Shown here in pieces: positions 1-12,527 of a DNA stretch of 12,527 nucleotides. The position numbers and the translations under genes are program-made. Every line of letters starts with the position of its first letter. Positions within the stretch are counted from its first letter, which is position 1. The notes below the pieces were generated by a model. The model did no database searches. It saw nothing but the letters and a program-made list of their open reading frames with translations, and was not told where the DNA came from. Origin of the DNA: an uncultured Thermococci archaeon (GTDB lineage: Archaea; Methanobacteriota_B; Thermococci; Thermococcales; Thermococcaceae); NCBI GenBank assembly GCA_964615185.1, contig CAZTOS010000065.1:1-12527 (forward strand). The letters run 5' to 3'.

Positions 1-4791
<4,791 letters not shown>

Positions 4792-4810
4792 TTCTTTTTA
4801 TTTCTCTTTT
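4792..4810 (+). terminator. Oligo-T archaeal terminator-like tract after nrdJ
   Basis: ttctttttatttctctttt immediately follows the TGA stop. Confidence 0.55.
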
Positions 4811-4869
4811 AAAGCATGAAACGTATTTTAGCACTTTGATAATTTTGACAAAAATTTGTAAACGCTGAA

Positions 4870-4911
4870 TTTTTAAATGGCTTGTGTGATTCTACATTTA
4901 TCAAGGAGGTG
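4870..4911 (+). promoter_or_regulatory. Putative TATA box (TTTTTAAAT, 4870-4878) and RBS (GGAGGTG, 4905-4911) for the PRTase-thpR unit
   Basis: Strong Shine-Dalgarno 5 nt before ATG 4917; AT-rich TATA-like element about 40 nt upstream of the ATG. Confidence 0.55.
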
Positions 4912-4916
4912 GCAAT

Positions 4917-5378
4917 ATGGATAAGGTTTACCTCACATGGTGGCAGGTTGATAGGGCAATATTCTCACTGGCTGATAAACTGAGGGAGTACAAGCCCGAT
5001 GTCATCGTTGGAATAGCGAGAGGCGGTTTAATTCCAGCGGTAAGGTTAAGTCACATTTTGGGAGACATAGAGCTCAAGGTCATAGATGTGAAGTTCTATA
5101 CCGATATCAATGAGCATACAGAGATGCCAAAGATAACAATTCCAATATATGGAGACTTAAAGGGCAAGAGAGTTGTTATTGTGGATGATGTCAGCGACAC
5201 AGGGAAAACGCTGGAAGTCGTCATAAATGAAGTTAAGAGGCTTGGTGCAAAGGAAATAAAAGTTGCATGTTTGGCCATGAAGCCTTGGACTTCAGTGGTG
5301 CCCGATTTTTACGTGTTTAGAACTGACAAATGGATAGTATTCCCATGGGAAGAATTTCCAGTGGTGATGCGGGGATGA
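4917..5378 (+). CDS. Type I phosphoribosyltransferase (purine/xanthine-guanine PRTase-like)
   Basis: [16 protein letters not shown]-binding loop [14 protein letters not shown]-terminal WIVFPWE; strong RBS. Confidence 0.93.
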   Translation: MDKVYLTWWQVDRAIFSLADKLREYKPDVIVGIARGGLIPAVRLSHILGDIELKVIDVKFYTDINEHTEMPKITIPIYGDLKGKRVVIVDDVSDTGKTLEVVINEVKRLGAKEIKVACLAMKPWTSVVPDFYVFRTDKWIVFPWEEFPVVMRG

Positions 5379-5932
5379 GGGCTTTCATAGCCATTGATAT
5401 AAGCGACAGCGTTAGAGAAAAGCTCGTTCAAGCTCAAGATAAAATTGCAAGAACAAAAGCAGCCAAGATAAAGTTTGTTGAGCCTGAGAATCTTCACATT
5501 ACCCTCAAATTTTTGGGCGAGATAACTGAGGAGCAAGCTGAGGAAATAAAGGAAATTCTTCAGAAAATAGCTGGTAAATACAAGAAACATGATGTCAAAG
5601 TCAAAGGAATTGGTGTGTTTCCAAACCCAAACTATATCAGGGTAATTTGGGCTGGTGTTGAAGGCGATGAGATTATAAAAAGTATAGCCAGCGACATAGA
5701 AAGGGAGCTGAGAAAGCTTGGCTTTAAAAAGGATAAGAACTTTGTTGCTCATGTGACAATCGGAAGAGTGAAGTTCGTTAAGGACAAGCTTGAGCTTGCA
5801 GTTGTTTTAAAGGAACTGGCAAACGAAGATTTTGGTATCTTTACCGTTGATGCAATTGAGCTAAAGAAAAGCACCTTAACTCCCAAAGGCCCAATTTACG
5901 AAACATTGGCAAGGTTTGAGCTTAAGGATTAG
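5375..5932 (+). CDS. thpR: RNA 2',3'-cyclic phosphodiesterase / 2'-5' RNA ligase (2H phosphoesterase), 185 aa
   Basis: Likely start is ATG 5375 (MRAFIAID), overlapping the PRTase stop as ATGA, with GGTGA upstream. Two HxT motifs: [11 protein letters not shown] and [10 protein letters not shown]-terminal [11 protein letters not shown]. Confidence 0.94.
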   Translation: MRAFIAIDISDSVREKLVQAQDKIARTKAAKIKFVEPENLHITLKFLGEITEEQAEEIKEILQKIAGKYKKHDVKVKGIGVFPNPNYIRVIWAGVEGDEIIKSIASDIERELRKLGFKKDKNFVAHVTIGRVKFVKDKLELAVVLKELANEDFGIFTVDAIELKKSTLTPKGPIYETLARFELKD

Positions 5933-7218
5933 AGCTGGACTAAGAACAGAGGCACAGGGATTATTGCGAGGTTCCTCTCTTCAATGAAGTCAAGTTTGCC
6001 TTTTGACAAAAGGATTTTGTTTTTAATTCCCACTCTTGGAAAATCACTCGGCTTAACTTTATTCTGCCATTTCACTTCAACACCAAAATCTTTTGTTACA
6101 AAGTCAACTTCCCTTGCATTATGGAAGAAATATGTATCAAAGTTCCTCTTTATGTGCTCCCCCACAATTCCCTCTACTTTTTTTGCAATTCCAACTTCTA
6201 TCCCAAACTTCCTTGAAAAGGTTTCTAAAATTAGTGGATCTAAAAAGTAGAACTTTCTTTCTTTTCTGAAAAGTGGTGTCATTAGGTTTGGCTTTGTTTG
6301 GAAGTAGTTCCTCCCAATGAAGAGCTCCTCAAATATTTCCAGATATTCTCTGACGGTTACATGCGAACCTATTTCCATTTCTTTTGAAAGGGCATTTAGA
6401 GAAAACTTCTCTCCATATCTTTGCAAAATACCCAAAATTATTGAAAGTGATATCCTTTCACTTCTCCCAAGTTTTGTAACGTCAAATATCGTCGCATTAT
6501 AAATCATTTCATATGTGTCTGGGCTTATTTCACCCCTCTCAAGGAGCTCAAATATTGATTTTGGATAACCTCCAGATGATAAGTAAAAATAGAATGCTTC
6601 AAAGAGCTCGTCCATGTAGGGGTACAACTCTAAGGCATTTTCATAAAAGGCCTTAGGAGAAGTTTCTAATGTTATCTTCTCTAACTCTCTTTTAAGCTTT
6701 GGATTTAATAACTCAACAACTTTTCTAAAGCTAAATGGCAGGAATTCCTCAACTTTTATTGGTCTTCCGGGGAAGCTTTCCCTTTTCAGGCCAAGGGATG
6801 AGGAACCGGTTATATAAAGGGTAGTATCCTTCTTTAGAGGAGAATCGAGGAAAAACTTTATCGCTCTCTCCCAACCTTCAACAAACGTTACCTCATCAAG
6901 GAGCACAAACTTCTGCCCTCTCCGCATTCTTGAGAAGAACCTTAAAATATCAACTATGTCTCTGTAATCTTTAAGCAAATCACAAGAAAAGTAGAGAATA
7001 CTCCTTGGGTTAGTTCCCCTTTCAATGAGATCGAGAATTATGAGCTTTAAATATGTGGTCTTTCCAACTTGCCTTGGACCAACAATTATCTTGTTTTTCT
7101 TTTCAAATGCGTATCTTATGGAATTTTTCTTTGATAAGGCCTCTTTAACCTTTTCATCCTCATAAATAGCTTTTTTATCTTGCCACCATGGGTTTTGAAA
7201 TCCCATTAGCTCTTCCAT
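5929..7218 (-). CDS. AAA+ ATPase (AAA_14 / DUF4143-type) with C-terminal PD-(D/E)xK-like motif
   Basis: QNPWW N-terminus, Walker [10 protein letters not shown], Walker [22 protein letters not shown]-like [33 protein letters not shown]...GVEVKW. RBS-like GTGATT at 7223-7228 (minus strand). Confidence 0.88.
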   Translation of the reverse strand: MEELMGFQNPWWQDKKAIYEDEKVKEALSKKNSIRYAFEKKNKIIVGPRQVGKTTYLKLIILDLIERGTNPRSILYFSCDLLKDYRDIVDILRFFSRMRRGQKFVLLDEVTFVEGWERAIKFFLDSPLKKDTTLYITGSSSLGLKRESFPGRPIKVEEFLPFSFRKVVELLNPKLKRELEKITLETSPKAFYENALELYPYMDELFEAFYFYLSSGGYPKSIFELLERGEISPDTYEMIYNATIFDVTKLGRSERISLSIILGILQRYGEKFSLNALSKEMEIGSHVTVREYLEIFEELFIGRNYFQTKPNLMTPLFRKERKFYFLDPLILETFSRKFGIEVGIAKKVEGIVGEHIKRNFDTYFFHNAREVDFVTKDFGVEVKWQNKVKPSDFPRVGIKNKILLSKGKLDFIEERNLAIIPVPLFLVQL

Positions 7219-7230
7219 TTTTAATCACAA

Positions 7231-7282
7231 TTGATACTACAGTATCAAATAATATATAAATATTTTGATATCATACTATCAA
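7231..7282. promoter_or_regulatory. Two TTGATA-N6-TATCAA palindromes (7231-7248, 7265-7282) flanking a minus-strand TATA box (TTTATATA, 7260-7253)
   Basis: ttgatactacagtatcaa is a perfect 8-bp-arm inverted repeat; ttgatatcatactatcaa has 6-bp arms. The two are 34 bp apart. Confidence 0.7.
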
Positions 7283-7348
7283 GACAAAACAGAGGGGTAG
7301 TAACTTTAAAGTAAGAAGCGGAAACTAACAATAGGGGAGGGAAATTAT

Positions 7349-8707
7349 ATGAAAGAACTTTTAAACCAAATTCTCCAGAAAATCAAGCCAAGCAAAGAGG
7401 AAAGAAATCTTGTTGAGAAGATAAAAGGGGAAGTTGAAAGTATTGCAAAAGAAACAATTGCTGCCTTTGATTATGATGTTGAGCCATATTTCGTTGGCTC
7501 TTTAGCAAAAGATACCTATTTAGCTGGCGACCATGACATTGACCTCTTTTTGGCATTTCCCCCTGATATTCCCCTAAAGGAACTGAGAGAAGAGGGCTTA
7601 AACCTCGCAAGAATTATTGGGGAAAAGATGGGGGAATATGAGGTTGCCTATGCCGAGCATCCTTATGTTAGGGCTTTTTATAAGAGATTTAAAGTTGACT
7701 TGGTGCCGTGTTATAATGTAAGAGACTGGAGGGAAGTGAGAACAGCCGTTGATCGCTCAATACTTCACACGAGATGGATTTTAAAGCATCTGAATGGCAG
7801 AAATGATGAAGTCAGACTTTTGAAGAGGTTCTTCAAAGGTATTAATGTTTATGGTAGCGAGATTTATGTTAAAGGGTTTTCGGGCTATCTCACCGAACTT
7901 TTGATAATAAAATACGGCTCATTTCTTGAAGTTCTTGAGAAGCACGACTTTATGCTCAGGCAAAAGATCATTGACTTGGAAGGCTGGCTGAAGAAAGAGC
8001 CAGAGGTAGCGATGAAAACTGTAAAGCGAGAGGCGGATGCTGATGTTCCGCTGATAGTTATTGACCCTGTGGATCCAAGAAGAAACGTTGCTTCGGCTTT
8101 AAGCTGGGAAAGGTTTGGAATTTTTTACTTTAAAGCCAAACAGTTTTTAGAAAATCCCTCAAGAGAGTTTTTCTTCCCAGTGCAAAAGCAAATGGGGGAT
8201 TACAAGAGGACATTAAGGGAAAAAGGAACAAAGCTTGTAACTTTGCTCTTTGAGAAGCCAGACTTAATCGATGATTTGCTCTTGCCTCAGCTCGAAAAAA
8301 GCGCAAAAGGCTTTATGAAAGCTCTGGAGCTTCAAGGCTTTAGAGTGTTTGAGGCTCACTGGGGATACAAGGATAAAGCGTTCATAATGCTCGAAGTTGA
8401 CAGAACTGAAAAGCCAAGAATTGAGATTAAACCCGGTCCTGAATTCTTTACAGAGAGAGGGCTGAGGTTTTACTCAAAGAATCAAAAAGTTTGGATCAGA
8501 GGGAAGCGTTTGTATTCGGAGAAGGTGGTAAAGGAGAGTATAGTTGATGTTATTAGGGAGCTTTTGGAAAAGAACCAAGTTTCTCTGGGAAAGCAAGTTA
8601 AGGAACATGTAATGCAAGCAGACATCCTAATTAACTTTGTGCCTCCAGAGCTCAGTGATGAGGCATATCTGTTCTTAAGCAGAGAAAAATGGAATTTAAA
8701 AAGCTAA
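7349..8707 (+). CDS. cca: Class I archaeal CCA-adding tRNA nucleotidyltransferase
   Basis: Nucleotidyltransferase signature FVGSLAKDTYLAGDHDIDLF, YAEHPYV, VDLVPCY, AVDRSILH, GFSGYLTELL, IDPVDPRRNVA. Purine-rich RBS upstream and TTTAAA at 7305-7310. Confidence 0.96.
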   Translation: MKELLNQILQKIKPSKEERNLVEKIKGEVESIAKETIAAFDYDVEPYFVGSLAKDTYLAGDHDIDLFLAFPPDIPLKELREEGLNLARIIGEKMGEYEVAYAEHPYVRAFYKRFKVDLVPCYNVRDWREVRTAVDRSILHTRWILKHLNGRNDEVRLLKRFFKGINVYGSEIYVKGFSGYLTELLIIKYGSFLEVLEKHDFMLRQKIIDLEGWLKKEPEVAMKTVKREADADVPLIVIDPVDPRRNVASALSWERFGIFYFKAKQFLENPSREFFFPVQKQMGDYKRTLREKGTKLVTLLFEKPDLIDDLLLPQLEKSAKGFMKALELQGFRVFEAHWGYKDKAFIMLEVDRTEKPRIEIKPGPEFFTERGLRFYSKNQKVWIRGKRLYSEKVVKESIVDVIRELLEKNQVSLGKQVKEHVMQADILINFVPPELSDEAYLFLSREKWNLKS

Positions 8708-10494
8708 ACACTCTTGTGCTCACACCATTCTTTGTTCTCCCATCTTCCATGACCCTCTCCCGGGATGTGGCCGGTGTCTGCGACTGCCTCTTTTAAGTCG
8801 TATAAACTTTCTATTGCACTCCTAATATCTTTCGGTAAGTCTTCCTTTCCAATATATAAGGCCGCTCTTGTAACTACGTTATACTTGCTGTTAGGGACTT
8901 CACTCTTTAGTGAGGCAAACCATGCCTCTTCGCTTGTCTCCCAACCTTCCAGTCCCTTCATCCTAAACAGATCATAATCATAGTAGAGCTGTGGAAATGC
9001 CAACAGCTTCATGTATTCGAGCAGTAGAAAGTTCGCTCTTTCACTGTTTTCTTCCATGTAAAGCTCTATCAGTTCAATCAGGGCTTTGCTTATAGCTATA
9101 ACGTTTCCAAAGGTTACCCTTGTGTCTATGTTCTCCCAGAATCTTGGACATGAATGATTTGCCAGGAGCATTATATAGTAAATCCTTCCAAGCTTCAAGG
9201 TGAGGGCAGGATCTGCATCCTTTACTGGTTCGGTCACATAATCAACGCTCGTGTCCATATCGAAGTACTCATAGTGCTCCCTGAAGAATATCCTTGCGTA
9301 TCTTATGAGAAAATCTTTTATGCTGTTGCTATCAGCCTCTGAATACTTTTTAATCAGATCCATCACTCCAAAGCGAACTGCCCTATTGAGCTCGCGGAAG
9401 AGCTTTGTAAATGCAAACTTCCAGAGCTGAGAAATCTTTTTCTCTTTATACCAACGGTGTATTACTTTGCCATCTTCTCGTCTGACCCCTGTCCATCTCA
9501 TATCGCTTGTCCTTCCATCTATGCTTAAATCATAATAGTCGCTCCAGCTTGAGTAGTCTTTAACATTAATCTTAAACTGTTCACTGCACTCTCCATGGAG
9601 GCATCTGTATTCCCCACTCACCTTTTTCCTAATGAATTCAACTGCATTCACAGCTTCAACGCCCTTCTCTTCAAGCCCCCTAATCCATTTCAGGAACTTA
9701 TCAAGCTGCTGGGGATTGCTGAGCAAAGCTTCCAAGTCGCTTGAGAGAAACACCAGATAGGGAATGCCACTGTTTTCTTTGAATACATCAACTCTCCCTT
9801 CAGAAACCGCCCTTATAAGGCCATCAGCATCTAAGGTGTTGAACGCAAAGGCATCGCTCAGCTGGTGATCTCTGCCGAACACAAAGGCAGTTTTTCCATC
9901 ACACTTGTAGGTATTGCATGAGAATTTGGCTTGGGGTATATTCAAACCTATGAATTGTCTCTCATCAAGGAGGAATACAACCTTTTTTTCGGTTGCTTCG
10001 GTAATGATTCCTGCTGTTTTTCTTGTTATAACATTTTCAGGTAGCCAGAATCCGACAACACTTTTGTCTCTTATAAAAGGTTCATAGAAGTCAAAGGATA
10101 CCTTAGCTAAGATTTCCTGCTCAAAAATGCTCAAATGTGGCATTATTGGATGAAATGGCACTGTGGGGGCAACTTCAACATGATTTTGGAGAGTTTCCAC
10201 AACCTGGGAATAAATTTTTGGCTTGTGCTGCAGTATCATGTAAAGTGTGAATGGCTCAAAGTCAACACTTACGCTGTTTTTTCTGAGCAGTAGAAGTGTG
10301 TCGTCAATATATTCATAAGCTTTTATAACGGCTCTTGTCCAGTTTCTTCCCTTGACCTCCATGTTCCTGATCTTAAGTGAAACTGGGCTTAATCTCTCGG
10401 AGTATTTTATTGGATCCCATCCAGAACCGTCGTGAATGTAGATTATATCCCCTGGTTGGTATGCATGAAAATGATATCCAAATTTTTGGAACAT
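8704..10494 (-). CDS. Glycoside hydrolase family 57, maltose-forming alpha-amylase-like (596 aa)
   Basis: GH57 conserved regions HFHAYQP, GFWLPE, LSSDLE, ANHSCPRFW. From the ATG at 10494 (preceded by AGGTGG RBS) the predicted nucleophile is E153 and the acid/base D253, matching my recollection of the numbering in Thermococcales maltose-forming amylases. Confidence 0.9.
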   Translation of the reverse strand: MFQKFGYHFHAYQPGDIIYIHDGSGWDPIKYSERLSPVSLKIRNMEVKGRNWTRAVIKAYEYIDDTLLLLRKNSVSVDFEPFTLYMILQHKPKIYSQVVETLQNHVEVAPTVPFHPIMPHLSIFEQEILAKVSFDFYEPFIRDKSVVGFWLPENVITRKTAGIITEATEKKVVFLLDERQFIGLNIPQAKFSCNTYKCDGKTAFVFGRDHQLSDAFAFNTLDADGLIRAVSEGRVDVFKENSGIPYLVFLSSDLEALLSNPQQLDKFLKWIRGLEEKGVEAVNAVEFIRKKVSGEYRCLHGECSEQFKINVKDYSSWSDYYDLSIDGRTSDMRWTGVRREDGKVIHRWYKEKKISQLWKFAFTKLFRELNRAVRFGVMDLIKKYSEADSNSIKDFLIRYARIFFREHYEYFDMDTSVDYVTEPVKDADPALTLKLGRIYYIMLLANHSCPRFWENIDTRVTFGNVIAISKALIELIELYMEENSERANFLLLEYMKLLAFPQLYYDYDLFRMKGLEGWETSEEAWFASLKSEVPNSKYNVVTRAALYIGKEDLPKDIRSAIESLYDLKEAVADTGHIPGEGHGRWENKEWCEHKSV

Positions 10495-10503
10495 ACAATC
10501 CAC

Positions 10504-10938
10504 CTACTCTCTTATAAAACTGGGCAATTTGAGGAAATTGGGTTTTTTGATAATTTTCACTTTTTTAAAGAGCTTAGGACGTGCTACTATCTTGTCTGAT
10601 TCTAAAAATGATAAATAATGTTTTCCTGTTTTCTTGACTTCCTCCATGGGAATTAACCCTTTGGGTTCTTCCATGACTTTTTTCTTTATTTCTTCCTTGC
10701 TTTTAGGAGGCTCTATTGAGAGTCCTTTTTGAATGAGCTCTTCTCTCTTCTTAGCCCCTTCTTCTTTCCCAAAAGCATAAACCTTTTTCACTTTTTCATA
10801 TATTCCAAGCAGCTGGGCCTCAAGATATATCTCTTCTTTTTCTTCTGATATCCAAGCTGCCCACTCCGTATGCCCGTAGAATCCTACAAAATAACCAAGT
10901 CTGTAGGCTTTTTTCAGGAGCTCTTTTCTTTTGTCCAA
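10504..10938 (-). CDS. Hypothetical protein (144 aa), between the KaiC-like ATPase and GH57 genes
   Basis: TTG start 6 nt after a GAGGTG RBS located at the end of the upstream gene; tightly packed with both neighbours. N-terminal AYRLGYFVGFYGHTEW segment and a Lys/Pro-rich tail. Confidence 0.75.
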   Translation of the reverse strand: MDKRKELLKKAYRLGYFVGFYGHTEWAAWISEEKEEIYLEAQLLGIYEKVKKVYAFGKEEGAKKREELIQKGLSIEPPKSKEEIKKKVMEEPKGLIPMEEVKKTGKHYLSFLESDKIVARPKLFKKVKIIKKPNFLKLPSFIRE

Positions 10939-10941
10939 GGT

Positions 10942-11661
10942 TTACACCTCATCTTCTTCAAAGGGGGATTTATTGAAAACTATGATTCCATTATCTGAAA
11001 ATACAACTTTCTTCATGCCCGTGTCATGTTTAGTCCCTCTCATCTTCAGTATTTGAATTGCTCTTACCATTTTGTTGCTGTGCATGAAATAGTGCATCAT
11101 AATGACCCCACTTGTTAAGTAGTGCTCCTCCGTGTATCTGTCCATATCAGTCATTTCACCAATTAAATATGCGGTTATTCCTAAATCCTCAATTGCCCTA
11201 ATAAATCTGGCAAGCTCGGCTCTTTTTCTAGCTGGATTTGAGACTGAGAACTCAATTGCACTAACAGGATCTATTACTAGCCTATCTATTTTTTCTGTCT
11301 CTGAGAGTTCCTTAATCCTGAAAAGTACACTACCCCATGTTGGAACTTTGTTGGTTTCTCTCCACAGAATGGGGCCAAGATCATAAAGCATGATTTTCCA
11401 CGTTTTTACATATGCAACTATTGAGGGATCATATCTTGCCATGTCTTTAATAACTTCTTCTGGCTTTTGAATTAGTGATATATACAATCCTTTTTCTCCA
11501 CGTTTAGCTCCATCCAATAGAAAATGGAGCGCAAGAGTTGTTTTACCACTGCCAGGCGGTCCAGTAATTAAATAAACTCTCCCGGGGATTAGTCCCCCCT
11601 CTATAAGCTCGTCGAGACCTTTAACTCCAGTAGAAATTCTTGTTGTATGAGAGGTATGCAT
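10942..11661 (-). CDS. KaiC/RAD55-like (RecA-superfamily) single-domain ATPase
   Basis: RISTGVKGLDELIEGGL, Walker A GPPGSGKTT, RLVIDP, RAIQILKMRGTKH. Confidence 0.92.
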   Translation of the reverse strand: MHTSHTTRISTGVKGLDELIEGGLIPGRVYLITGPPGSGKTTLALHFLLDGAKRGEKGLYISLIQKPEEVIKDMARYDPSIVAYVKTWKIMLYDLGPILWRETNKVPTWGSVLFRIKELSETEKIDRLVIDPVSAIEFSVSNPARKRAELARFIRAIEDLGITAYLIGEMTDMDRYTEEHYLTSGVIMMHYFMHSNKMVRAIQILKMRGTKHDTGMKKVVFSDNGIIVFNKSPFEEDEV

Positions 11662-11667
11662 ATTAGT

Positions 11668-11729
11668 CCCCCCATTATAATCAGGTTAATCAATATCATC
11701 TTAAAGTTTTAAGAACGAAAGTATTTAAG
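11668..11729. promoter_or_regulatory. Divergent promoter region: minus-strand TTTAAG (11705-11700) and GGGGGG RBS (11673-11668) for the KaiC-like gene; plus-strand BRE/TATA CGAAAG-TATTTAAG (11716-11729)
   Basis: Motifs resemble Thermococcales BRE/TATA consensus at plausible spacing; CTTAAA-gt-TTTAAG palindrome at 11700-11713. Confidence 0.5.
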
Positions 11730-11747
11730 CTTTTATGGTGAAACAAA

Positions 11748-11763
11748 GATACTGTCAGGATAA
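11748..11763 (+). repeat. IS left terminal inverted repeat
   Basis: GATACTGTCAGGATAA, exact reverse complement of 12512-12527. Confidence 0.95.
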
Positions 11764-11818
11764 GCAGTGGGGCGTTAGACTTAAGTTGCTGACAATACTT
11801 CAGAAAGGAAAGGGGAAC

Positions 11819-12520
11819 ATGAAGGCTGAAACCATTATTTACTGCTTGTTTTCAGCCTTAAAACCTTTTCGCCGGAACAAGATTCCGCCAGAAAAGAAAG
11901 TCAGGGCAGCAGAATTATACTTGAGAGGCCTCAGTTACAGGCAAGTCGCAGAAATCCTGGAAATCAGCCACACGACAGTCTGGGAGACAGTACAAAAACT
12001 AGCTAAAGCAGTTTACCAGCCAAAACTCCTCGCAGTGAAAAAACAGAGGAATTTCATCGCAGTTGACGAGACAGCGATAAAAATCAACGGGGAGAGGAGA
12101 TACCTCTGGGCTGCCATTGATGTTGAAAGCAGGGAAGTTTTGGCAGTCTGGATTACAACAACCAGAAACTGGTGGGTTGCCAGGGAATTTATTCTAGTTG
12201 TTTTAAAGTCCTGTGAGGGGCGGCCAGTTTTTCTGGCTGATGGGGCAAAGTGGTACAAGTCTGCTTTTAAGTCCCTGGGGCTGGATTTTGTTCATGTAAC
12301 TTTCGGGCCGAGGAACAGTATTGAACGCTGGTTCAGGACTGTTAAAGAACGGACAAAGCGCTTCTGGAATACTTTCAGGAGTAATGACTGGCGGAGAGTT
12401 CACAGGTTTGTTTTCCTGTTTGCCTTCTGGTATAATTTTGTTAGAGTTCATTCTCGGTTCGGTGAGCCGCCTGGCAATGTAACTGAATGGCTTCAGGAGG
12501 TGATGCCACAGTTATCCTGA
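11819..12520 (+). CDS. IS6-family DDE transposase (233 aa)
   Basis: ATG 11819 follows AGGGGA. HTH LSYRQVAEILEISHTTVWE; catalytic IAVDET, FLADGAKWY, RNSIERWF; YLWAAIDVES. The stop lies inside the right IR. Confidence 0.93.
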   Translation: MKAETIIYCLFSALKPFRRNKIPPEKKVRAAELYLRGLSYRQVAEILEISHTTVWETVQKLAKAVYQPKLLAVKKQRNFIAVDETAIKINGERRYLWAAIDVESREVLAVWITTTRNWWVAREFILVVLKSCEGRPVFLADGAKWYKSAFKSLGLDFVHVTFGPRNSIERWFRTVKERTKRFWNTFRSNDWRRVHRFVFLFAFWYNFVRVHSRFGEPPGNVTEWLQEVMPQLS

Positions 12521-12527
12521 CAGTATC
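12512..12527 (-). repeat. IS right terminal inverted repeat
   Basis: TTATCCTGACAGTATC at the very end of the window. Confidence 0.95.

Larger units (their letters stand above)
11748..12527 (+). mobile_element. IS6-family insertion sequence (780 bp, ISPfu-like)
   Basis: Perfect 16-bp terminal inverted repeats GATACTGTCAGGATAA (11748-11763) and TTATCCTGACAGTATC (12512-12527) enclose a single DDE transposase ORF. Confidence 0.95.

Noticed and set aside
4848..4859. ACAAA-aa-TTTGT palindrome upstream of the PRTase promoter
   Set aside because: Only 5-bp arms in AT-rich DNA, single copy; expected by chance.
5330..5374. Longer N-terminus for thpR
   Set aside because: It overlaps the PRTase coding region; ATG 5375 has an RBS, an ATGA coupling and the family-typical MRAFIAI start.
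10495..10503. GTG start for GH57
   Set aside because: The GTG is part of the AGGTGG RBS; ATG 10494 has proper spacing and gives the expected catalytic numbering.
11735..11818. 28-aa N-terminal extension of the transposase beginning outside the IS
   Set aside because: It crosses the left IR, lacks an RBS and is too close to the TATA box to be transcribed from it; a chance in-frame ATG.

Overview
Archaeal (Thermococcales-like) chromosomal window. It opens inside a class II (adenosylcobalamin-dependent) ribonucleotide reductase gene (frame +1, 5' end outside the window, stop at 4791) that carries three inteins: a 438-aa LAGLIDADG intein (16-1329), a 435-aa LAGLIDADG intein (1393-2697) and a 153-aa mini-intein (3046-3504). 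Next come a phosphoribosyltransferase and a 2H phosphoesterase (thpR), an oppositely oriented AAA+/DUF4143-type ATPase, and the class I CCA-adding enzyme. A minus-strand KaiC-like ATPase / hypothetical / GH57 maltose-forming amylase cluster follows, and a complete 780-bp IS6-family element ends at the last base. The standout signal is the second intein. It sits in QGG|VRRGA, so the +1 extein residue is Val rather than Cys/Ser/Thr, and it also carries altered catalytic residues (block B His->Glu, block F Asp->His, block F His->Glu) while its endonuclease motifs look intact. This points to non-canonical splicing or cleavage in what is normally an essential enzyme. A tandem TTGATA-N6-TATCAA palindrome pair brackets the ATPase TATA box. 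Family assignments come from motif reading and recall; no database searches were run.
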